A DNA stretch of 64,000 bases, taken from Lepidodermella squamata. Taxonomy: Eukaryota; Animalia; Gastrotricha. The notes under the pieces are model-generated. The model searched no databases. It was not told the DNA's origin and saw only the letters and a list, made by a program, of their open reading frames with translations. Both the position numbers and the translations under genes were made by a program. Shown here piece by piece: positions 12,881 through 22,602 of the stretch (within the stretch, counting starts at the first letter, position 1; the number at the start of each line of letters is the position of its first letter). Where the stretch lies: contig JBLDXI010000013.1 of the NCBI GenBank assembly GCA_047495785.1, forward strand, positions 4,092,001 to 4,156,000, in the 5' to 3' direction.

Positions 12881-13950
12881 TCACTTCTTGAACAAGCGCT
12901 TAGGTTTCGGCGCTGGTTGTATTTTGCCCAGCCTCGAACAAAAGAGCCGAAATAAGATCCGGCGTTCCTGCTTGGCAGCACTGCTGTTGCGATCGTGATC
13001 GGGGTAAAGTCGGTATCGATTGCTCATAAGCACGCGAGGCTCGAGATCGAAATAGGCCGCCACCTCCTCGTCGGTTGTAGGTGTTGTAGGGTGGATACGA
13101 TTATCAGGATGCTAAAATATAATATAACATAGAGCCAAATAACAAAAATGAAATTAGACTAAAATTACCTCTTCAGCGGTTTTGCTTGGCGTCGTCTTCT
13201 GACGATCAGCCACGATTCGGGGTTGTCGCCGTTGTTTCGGGGTACTGGGAGTAGCCTTAACTTTTCGCTCCATGATATCTACCTTACGACAGGGGCGCTT
13301 ATGACTTGTTGATGACATGTTAAATAAAATGAGGTTCTAAAATAAATAAAAAACAGATTTTAGAATCGAACTGAATTTATACGAATTATAGCCTTGCAAA
13401 TGGCTTGCGGCGAGTTTTCAATAATAGGTTTTTTCATAGAAAACGAGACGTTATTTACAAGGCTAGTTCTAGTGTTTCTTTTCACGGCAAACAGCGAAAC
13501 GGCAAAGTCGAAACGGCTGAAAATTTCGGCGAGATGTTCGGCCGATAGTTGAATGTAGCGCTTTTTCTCGCTACAAAATTCAAACATTTTACTCGATATC
13601 ACATATTAGTCACTGTTTACCCACCTTTTAAAAATTTCCAGCTGAGCCAACTTACCTACGGGAAAAACGCAATGACGGGCTACGACCTTGAGCTGATTCA
13701 GCATTGGCTTAGCTGCTTCGCGATTAAGCTGGGTTTCGAGTGCTAGAGCCACTTGGTTAGCCAGAAATAGCATTTCTTTTCGGCGATCAAAAACAGCAAA
13801 AGGATCGAACAGCTTGAGTTCAAGGACGCGTACTAGCCGCACTTGTTGCTGTTTCTTTAAGTAATCGTCGACGCGCCGAAATTCAGTCACGGCAGAGCCA
13901 TAAATCACAGGCTTCTTCAAAGTTGCGCGCTCTCGCAAACAATAGGCCAT
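12881..13950 (-). CDS. Orphan multi-exon cargo gene inside the transposon (basic protein; exon structure partly uncertain)
   Basis: ATG at 13950; ORF segments at about 13950-13625, 13560-13460, 13335-13170 and 13111-12881 separated by short GT-AG introns; no recognisable domain. Confidence 0.5.
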
Positions 13951-14761
13951 AATTAAGGTGTATAATTAGTTAATGACAAAACTAAGGATCAAAAATATTC
14001 AATAGTATTAAATAGGTAGATATATACAGAAATATCGAACAAATTAAGGTGGCTAACTGATGCCCAAACAAAATGAGCAATTAATGAGCGCGCAGCTGGA
14101 TCAATGCGTAGAATATAGAAACGCTTGGATGAGAAAAAACTAATGCCGCAATAATTATTATAATAATAGCACCAAGCCGCGGAATAGGCGCACTTTCCGC
14201 CTTAAGTAAAAAGATTTTTAAGGTGGAGAGCGCAATATATGATAAGTCTTATAATAAGTGGTAGAGTTGTAACTGGGCCAAAGTAAAATATTTCGCGAAT
14301 TTTTGATATATGTCACTCAAACCGACCGATGCCGCGAACACATGGAAGATTGAGATCGCTATTTCGACCGATCGTACATCAGAGAGACACACCGTGAATT
14401 CACGCCGCCTTAATAAACGCCGGGCGGCGGGCGCGTTACTGCTTGGAGCGCGCGCACGCATATATAGCTTTACCAGGCACCTTCTAGGCACCAACAGGTG
14501 CGCTATACAACCTGAATTTCGACCCTTCCGACCACGGAATGACCACGGAATGACCACGGAAAGGTGTCAATATTTGAGAATAAAAGAATTCAATACGCGC
14601 GCAGAAGAATGGCATACGATCGAACAATCGCACACCTTTCAATGCGCTGCGCGCGCGCATTCGAGTGGATAGGCGCTAATATTATTACGAATTGAAGCAA
14701 GTGGGAAGAGGATGAAAAAAATTAAATACGCCTAAACCGCATAACTGAAAAGTAGCAAAAA

Positions 14762-15373
14762 ATGGGCAGGCGCAGAAATGCAGAGCAACTGGCTCAACAT
14801 CGCGAACAAATGCGGTTGATACGCGCAAATAGGACTCCTGACGAAATAGAGAAAGTTCGTGAGCGCGATCGGCGCCGCAAACAAGCCAAAACTGCGCTAA
14901 TTCAGTCCGTCAAATCGCAAGGTAATTTTTGGTGAATTTTTAAGGCTGTTATAAATATATGAATAAAAATGCAGATCAGTGTGGCGCGGTAGCATACTTG
15001 CCAACGGGATGCAACTACTCAGCGCGGACAATAAGCGAACGCGACTTCTTGCGAAAACAAGCATTGATGGCAGAAACGTTCGAGGCGGATAAAATTATTG
15101 GTAAATTCAAGTTTATTATATTTCCAGCCATATTCATCGCATTAATTTTCAGGGCTGTGCGATTTATCGCCGCTCATCGCCAACACACTGCCTCCACTCT
15201 CACCTGGCGAAATCACGCCACTGCTGGCACCGGACGATGCCGCGCAAACGTGGTGGCAAGAAATTAAAGACGATATGAGAAGCAGCTACCTTTCGCCGCC
15301 ACTGGCACGTTTTCGCATAGCGATTCTACCTAACTGTACTCAAAGCAAAATTCCGGCCATTGAATTTCCATAG
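14762..15373 (+). CDS. Orphan 3-exon cargo gene (14762-14921, 14975-15100, 15153-15373) with an R/E-rich N-terminus
   Basis: In-frame splicing gives MGRRRNAEQLAQHREQMRLIRANRTPDEIEKVRERDRRRKQ...DQCGAVAYLP...GLCDLSP...IPAIEFP*, with AATAAA directly after the stop. Confidence 0.6.
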
Positions 15374-15624
15374 AAATAAAACAGAGATATAATAACGCCT
15401 TCTTTTATTTCAACCGCGCTTTTTCAATCGATCATGAAAATATACCAAAGTTTGAGAAAAATTAAAGATATCGAAATTGCAGCAAGCCATTTGAGGATCA
15501 ATTCAATTCTACTTTGCGAATAAGATCATTCATTATTATACATAATTATTACAAAAATCAGTTCAGACTTTTTCGGCTGTTTCGAACATAGAGAATAATT
15601 AGAAAAAGAAATGCAGTATAATCA

Positions 15625-17299
15625 CTACTGCTGAATATTGCCACGACCAGTCAACATGAGATCACCATTAGCAACAGTGGTTATATTAATTTTATCATTT
15701 TTTACAGCCAACAACAGGCCAAAAAAAGCTTTAGAAACGTCCTTACGGTCTAAATTTTCTACAACGTGACTGAAGCAAACATCCTGATTTCTACACAAAA
15801 CGCTGAGCTGATTTTGACAAAAGCGATCGTTGTCATCGACAAAACTTAAAATTGAAGAGCTAATTAAATGAATAGGCTGAGATGAGCTATCTAATACAAC
15901 ATCTACCGCACCTACACTAATTTCTTCAGATTGGGCATCGGCTGATGATGATTCAACACAACACATGAGACTCTTCTTGGCGATCGGGGTGTATTTGTCC
16001 AAAATCGAGGTTGCTTTTCGCTTTGGTGCTGACAGACGGTCAAGAGGAACTCGCGATATCGGTATTTCTTCGTCAATCTGTTCCGGCTGCAAAGCAGGCT
16101 GCTGAAGGCGGCTTATCGAAAACTGAGTTGTCGGAATGATATCGCATCCGTCTCGATCTATAAATGAATACCGATATTTTCAATTCAAAAATTAGTCGTT
16201 GTAAATACTTACGGGGGTAATTTATCAGCCGAACTTCCTTGGAATATGCAAGACCATGAATCGCTGTATATAAAAATAAATATCGATAAGAAGTGAGACC
16301 AAATAATTATAAAACTAACCTTCGCAGTCAGGGTAGGCAGACGAATCATCCAAGATATTCGTGAATGGTAAAGTATCTAAACAAATATAGTAGATAACGC
16401 TAACGAATTAATGAAAATCCCAACCTAGAATGCTGAAAATGTTAGTCCTTAAACGAGAAGAAACTTCGATAGCAGGCCTTCTGATGAGAACGTCAGCTGG
16501 GATGATGTGATCACTTCTTAGGCCACCAATGCGATCCAAAGCTATTGAGCGACTGAAGAGTGGGGCAAACCAGAAGTCGAATTCCTTCTCTTCATACTCC
16601 AGCGTCGTGGCGGAGTTGAGGTGCTTTGCGGTATCGAAAATAGCAGCACGATCATCCCATTCAGGCACGTCTTTCAAAGTCAAGTACGACGCATGCTCTT
16701 CTTTCATCTCCTGAGTTAACAGATCAAAGATCGGGATGGTTGAATCGATGTCTCCGTTAACCAAGAGTCCAAAGCCATCGTCAACGATGGGTTCAGAATC
16801 CACATCAAAGTTGCAATTAGTACCGATCAACGGGGCACAAGGCAGCTCAAGCTGGTGCGAAGCTGACTCCAAGTAGACCACATCGCATAGCTGAAAGCAA
16901 CATCATAGTTGAAAAAAACAAAAATAACAATCTTGGGTATATAATTACCGAACGAATAATGGGCACATCACAGGATGGCAAGCGGCACCCCAGCTGCTCG
17001 AGAGCTTTCGACACGTAGGTGTTGGTATCGATAGTCTCGACGCGCTTAACAATATCAACCTGCAAAATGCAAAGGGAGTCATTAGCATCATGAAACAGCC
17101 TGCTGACTTTCAGGCTGTAAATAGTACTAAGAACATAAATTAGCTGGCCGTAAGTTCGAAGCTCGAGCGTAACTGCGGAACGAGCAAGATCACAAAACTG
17201 CTTAACGTCAACGGTGGCAACGATCGACGACAGCAGCGGCTGATTCGCGATAACACGGCGATAAACATTGCTACGGATAAAAGTCGTCAAACTCTCCAT
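15625..17299 (-). CDS. Divergent Rad21/Rec8-family alpha-kleisin (cohesin subunit), 5 exons, 485 aa, carried by the transposon
   Basis: Exons 17299-16949, 16890-16425, 16376-16320, 16263-16213 and 16157-15625 join in frame (1458 nt). N-terminal VATVDVKQFCD..AVTLELRTYGQLIYVLSTIYSLKVSRLFHDAN fits Rad21_Rec8_N (LRxSGxLLxGxxxIYxxKxxYLxxD). C-terminal VCFSHVVENLDRKDVSKAFFGLLLAVKNDKINI..ANGDLML fits the kleisin winged helix (F..L....RKxAAxxFxxxL....GDI). Confidence 0.85.
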
Positions 17300-17617
17300 C
17301 TAATAATGACAAAGCGGACTTTCAGGTGAGATTAAAATTGCAAGCCGGTGAGTACAAACTATAAACCAAGCGTTGCCTTAAAGTGATAGACGCAATAAAA
17401 TCTAACAGCACCAAGGAAGTCGTAAATAGCTGGCATGTAATCAAACATCAGTTACTTAAAATGCGGTTTGCGTTCTACCCTCGAGCTAACCTATATCTCC
17501 GACAATTATATGAGACATCGCAAGCAAGCACCAAGAAGCACCATAAGGGACAAAGTTTCTAAGTGTTTGCTATCAACAACATATTAGGGCATTTAGCAGT
17601 CTCAAATCCAACACGGG

Positions 17618-17862
17618 CAGATTGGCGCGCGAATAACGACGTCAAGTGGTTAGAAGCAGCTGCCGCTTTAGGGAAAACCGCATCCGAGCCCCCTAGCAAC
17701 GTTGAACGTTGAAGGGGTTGCTATTTAATATTTTCATTGTATTCCGATTAACAATATTATTATTTAATATAATATATTTAATAAACAATTAAAAATAAAC
17801 GTGACAGTCGTTGCGGATTTTCGGCTTGCAATATGGGCACCGATGACGCTGCCGACAGCATG
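17618..17862 (-). repeat. Right terminal inverted repeat
   Basis: Reverse complement of 8411-8659. Confidence 0.97.
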
Positions 17863-18530
17863 GGGATGAAAAAGAGACGTCAACAAGATTGTGATAGGCC
17901 TTAAAAGGCAAAACAGCAAATAGCGTAAAATTCGACGAAGTTCTAGGTAATGGTAAAATAACAGAATATTCGCATAACTCAGAATATAGGAAAAACAGTT
18001 TTTAATAACTTTTCTTGAATTTTTTCCAAATTGTCAATGACTTAAGAAGGTACGGACTGTAGACAGGCGAACAATAATCAAAAATAGGTAAGACGTAGGT
18101 TTTATATGCCATTATCTTCAGCCGATTACACCGAAAACATTTTAGAATAGCAAAACATAGGCTTGAACAACGATTCATGAGTGTAGCACAGTGTTGAGAA
18201 AAAATCAGTTTGTTGTCAACCAAGGTCTTTAGTAAAAGGAACACTCCGAACAGGCACATTATTTATGGAATAGTTTATAGAAATATCATCGTCAGATTTT
18301 CCGATTCGCATTACACAGCATTTTTCACAATTTAATGCGAATGGTCTGGACCTGGAAGGTCTGGACAATAAAATTTGCAGGCCTATATTTTAAATTGTCA
18401 TCTGCACAAAGTATAGTGGTGAGCGGTGAGGGTAAATAAAAGAGGTCCGAGCACTGAGCCTTGCGGCACGCCCCAGGATACCTACACCTCCGATTTACTG
18501 TTTCCAATTTTTATTCGGAATTTACGATCT
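17863..18530 (-). mobile_element. Degenerate CR1/L2-like LINE reverse transcriptase fragment; upstream half of the LINE split by the transposon
   Basis: LCADD (YADD-like), LVDNKLIFSQHC, AYKTYVLPIFDYCSPVYSPY, HNLVDVSF; frameshifted. Confidence 0.8.
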
Positions 18531-18949
18531 AAAAGATAGGACTTTAACCATGAGAGTAAGTTGGTCATGTAAATTCAAGCCAAATTGGATAACGTAAAAA
18601 TGCAATCGAGTGATGCATCTAATATCTGGCAAACAACACCCTTCTGACTTCTACCAAGTTAAAAAATTGCTGTATGAAAATGTATGTACTCTGTCACCGC
18701 TTTACCCCCCCCCCCTTTCCTCCCTCATTCTTAAGATCATTCATGTCATTTCAACGCATACTTTCTGGTACCACACAGCGAAAACGCATCCCAGCGCAAA
18801 ACGTGGCTGATCAAACAATGGGAAGCTCGCTATATTTCGCCACGTTTTATGCAATTCCACGTGGAGCCTATAAAAACGGCAAGCTTACCGACAGAAATTT
18901 CACTTTCGACTCCTCTTGCATCCAAATTTTTATTTTCTCATACTAGAAA

Positions 18950-19349
18950 ATGAAAAAGTTCCTGACTTGCGCCGTCGTTGTGGTAATAGGCATTTTGATG
19001 AATTTTAGATATTTGATGCATCACTCAATTGCATTTTAAGGCCATTTTCGTCGTTGTGGTATTGTCTGCCCCCATGCCGTCGCGTAAAACCACCGCTCAG
19101 CAGGATGCTTTTGCCAATGAAATCGGCGGGGAGGCTAAGAAAAACCAAACTGCGTTTGCCGCGAAAATCAAGGAACTTTACAAGTCTAATGGACTGTACG
19201 CTCTCATCAGCAAGTACTTTAGCAGTAATGCAGCAGCTGTCACCAATAGGATCGGTGAGATAGCCCAGGACGACAAGAGGCTCAGAGATTTCGTCGCTCT
19301 CCTCGCCTGGAACCCTGTAAATGTTGCTGTGAGTCTCTCAGCTATCTAG
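18950..19349 (+). CDS. Small secreted orphan protein, 2 exons (18950-18982, 19041-19349)
   Basis: TATAAAA near 18868; signal-like MKKFLTCAVVV/AIFVVVVLSA; phase-0 GT-AG intron joins in frame. Confidence 0.55.
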
Positions 19350-19539
19350 CCCAGCATTGTCACTGCTACCGAGCCCCTCCAGCTGTAGCTGTTTCTGGCC
19401 ACAATAATCAAAATGTCGCAAGCGTCAACCATCATTACTATCATATAACTGCAGTGGCCTTCTAGATATGATATATTCACTGCGTGAAAGATCGCCGATT
19501 TCTGAGGCTAGGTGTAATGCTATGTAGATTTGCTGAGAA

Positions 19540-20640
19540 AATGCTATACTATTAGCCGTTTAATGTAACTAATAACTAATGTAACATAAGTGGTGTGAAT
19601 TTCCTTGAAATGAGTGCGGTTTGCTGACATCAGAGGAGTTGTATTTAGTAACGCCCAAGAATCAGAGAGCATGTTATGGAAACATTTTGCTGGCCAATGA
19701 ACTGTATAACACAATACATATTCTAACACTGACGGATATCACACAAATCACGCCGGCCCATCTCAAGCGTATAGCTTGATCAGATGATGAGGCTATCTGG
19801 AATGCTACCATTTTGGTCTACCATAGGCTCTAATGCTTCTAAGATAGAATCTATAATAATATAGTAATAATAATGTTTTTATTTTTCCTCTCATACGACT
19901 AGCACGTCTATCACCCACCCCCACTGTTTAATATTTTACTTTTCCCATGGGTGTCCATGAAAATTTCAGTCAATAAGCAATTTTCGCCAATTTATTGAAC
20001 TCTTATTTACAATGGGCGAGTCAGGCTGATACAGTTGTCAGGAGAATACTTCAGTCAACTGAACATCAGGAATAATTTCGATTTGGAATTCATGTTTCGT
20101 GTAGACTTCTTTTGGTACAGTCCACCTGGTTCGGGGTCTTCCTTTTGGGGTATAAACCATCCGAACGGGGGAGGGGCAAGTATATATTCTATGTAAAAGA
20201 CCGTTTTCGTCTTATTCACGCGATCTAATTTTGTGTCCTAAATACCTCAGTCGCGGTTTTTCAATAATACGGCTTACTTCTATCAAGCCTCCACAGAGTG
20301 CAAGTCTGATATCAATATAGTCCATTAGATGAATTCCCAAAATAGAACGAAGCCATCGAAATTATATAACATTAAGTCTATTTTCCTGGCTAAGAGAAAT
20401 TTTCCATGATTCGCAAATGATGGTAGGTACGACACATGTTAGAACTTTCAATTTAGTTCCTATTGATACCTGATTCCTACTACACATAAATTTGTTCATG
20501 GCCCCAAAAACGCTTCCAGCTTTGGAAATTCTATACTTAAGTTCTTCATCGATTTTGCTATCACTAGTTATAATACTGCCTTAGGTATTTGAATTTAGAG
20601 ACCTTTTCCAGTTTCGAGCCGCGTAATTCTAGTTCATAAT
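19540..20640 (-). mobile_element. Decayed RTE-clade LINE fragments
   Basis: Minus-strand remnants LEKVSKFKYL, SKIDEELKYRISKAGSVFG, VSIGTKLKV, CESW and RLRWAG, with stops and frameshifts. Confidence 0.65.
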
Positions 20641-21606
20641 TCTTTGCAGCAGCTTCGAATGGGTCCCCCACAGAGTAGCAGGCTTCAAATAAAGCACAGA
20701 GCAACAAATGGTGCAAACACCAGATTAAATGGCAACAAATCACAGAAGCATTAAAGTGAAATAAAAAACGTGTTTACTCGATTTTTTTGAGTGCGCGCGG
20801 ACACACGTGTTACGCAATGCGTTGCAAGTCATGCTCGTGTGTGCATGTCTTTAAAATAGCGCATGGACATGATGATTGCTCATTCGTTTTATTTGATTTA
20901 TTTGATTATTTGATGGCATTTCAAAACTTCATTCTTTAAACTGCTTACTGCTATTATTTTGATGGCTAAAATCGTCGCCAACCTGAAAATGTTGCTAGCG
21001 ATGCTCCTCCGGCCAGTCTAGGCCGGGATCGGCCACCGAAGAATGCTGGCGCAGTTTCAGAGCAACCAATGAAACGTGGCCGCGGTCGCCGCCGTGAAAC
21101 CCAACGCAGCTGTTACGAGTCTGAAAAAGCGGCGCGCGCAGAATAAGACTATGACGTCCGATTGCGAAATTGTGTAAAACTGTGCTGAAATGCCATGTAA
21201 TTTTGTTACATACCTGGATAGCTTGATCGCTTAAATCTCAATCTCAATCTTCAATCTCAATAAAATAAATAAAATCGCAAGCAAATAAAAAATGTTTCAC
21301 CTGGTTGCGCACCTCAAAAAGTGGTCCTAATTGCTTCGCGAAAATCACTACTTGCATGCCACCAACATTAAGCAGCTTTGGTTTAACACGCGGTGTTAAT
21401 CTAATTAATAACGTTTATTTTACTTTGAAGCCTTTTTTTAATTTACATGGAAGCCATACTGCTTTGAAGCGTTTAATTTGAAGCCTGCTATTAAATTTTC
21501 CCTACTTTGTAGGGGACCCCTTCGAATGGAGCCATTTTAAGGGGTGGCACATGCTCATCTGGGGTCAAAGGTCACGAAAAATGACAATTTTGTTCAATTT
21601 TGGGGT

Positions 21607-21652
21607 CAAACCGTTGAATATCTCCCAAACCGTTGAATATCTCCCAAACCGT
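21607..21652 (+). repeat. 19-bp direct tandem duplication within a probable MITE remnant
   Basis: ccgttgaatatctcccaaa occurs twice in tandem. Confidence 0.6.
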
Positions 21653-22063
21653 GTTATTAGTACAAAAAAGGATTGCAGATTCTGATTCAGCGTAAAATTC
21701 TATCTGTAGCCACCAAGTTTTACGACTGGCACACACTGTCGCCTGTCGCCCCACATGCAACGACGCTAATGCCAGTCGCGGATGACCTGAAAATGTCCTA
21801 AATTCGTTTTTTCACTCCAGTTTCATGATGGTAAGTGATGCAAGGGTGCAATTAGGAGTGTTAACGGCCGCTAGAGAACATTTATTCTCGCAATTATCAG
21901 ATTTTTTCCGAAATTTTAAATCCCTATCAGTGCCTTGCAGGTAGCTTTGACCCATTTTCGCACACAGAATTTCACCTGGTATGGTATCATCGATTAAGTC
22001 ATACTATAAGAAATTATTCTATATTTAACGAAATTTAAGTAATGAAGTAAAAAAGCGGTAATT

Positions 22064-22217
22064 CATGGTTGACGAGACCCATGTTTTGGACCTTGAACTA
22101 TGTATTACCGGTGTTATTTCATGGTTGACGGGCACAAATATCAACCATGTAAAAACAGTATTTTTCCATAATTGATTTAAAATCAACTATGAATAAACAG
22201 CGATATTTCATGGTTGA
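22064..22217. repeat. Array of 35-bp palindromic units (TCAACYATG..N..CATGGTTGA) at the 3' side of the Crypton gene
   Basis: Units at 22094-22128, 22141-22175 and 22183-22217, each with 11-bp arms and a 13-bp spacer. Confidence 0.75.
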
Positions 22218-22222
22218 AAATT

Positions 22223-22280
22223 TGGTATAATTTACGCCAAAATGGGTATAATTTACGCCAAAATGGGTATAATTTACAAA
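22223..22280 (+). repeat. 21-bp minisatellite, about 2.7 copies
   Basis: ggtataatttacgccaaaatg repeated in tandem. Confidence 0.8.
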
Positions 22281-22602
22281 AAAACAACACGTCGAAATCG
22301 CCAATTCCACTCGCACCAATCGGGAATAAAGCTGTTTTAAATAAGATCTACAAAAAAACCAGAATATTTTGAGATTTTTACATTTTTGTTTATATACAAA
22401 GGTGTCTTTTTCTTTGGTATTTAAGTGATTTTTCATTTTTTTCTGTTTTTCTCTTTGAAATTGAGATAAACGCCAAAAGTAAAAATAAAAACAATAGGAA
22501 ATCTGAGCATCTCACAAAATTATATCACAATTTTCATATCACAAATTAGTTCAATCGACGAAACATCAAATAAAAAAGTAAACCGGCCATATATAGGATC
22601 GC

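Larger units (their letters stand above)
8411..17862. mobile_element. 9,452-bp autonomous DNA transposon (CMC/Transib-RAG1-like) with about 250-bp TIRs, 2-bp TSD and cargo genes
   Basis: Near-identical inverted repeats at 8411-8659 and 17618-17862 with CATGCTGTCGGCAGC termini; GG flanks both ends; removing the element plus one GG restores the LINE reading frame; DDE transposase inside. Confidence 0.93.

Noticed and set aside
12881-15373. RAG2-like partner among the cargo genes
   Set aside because: No kelch-repeat or PHD pattern is visible in either orphan gene
22064-22280. CRISPR-like repeat-spacer array
   Set aside because: Eukaryotic context, degenerate palindromic units, no cas genes
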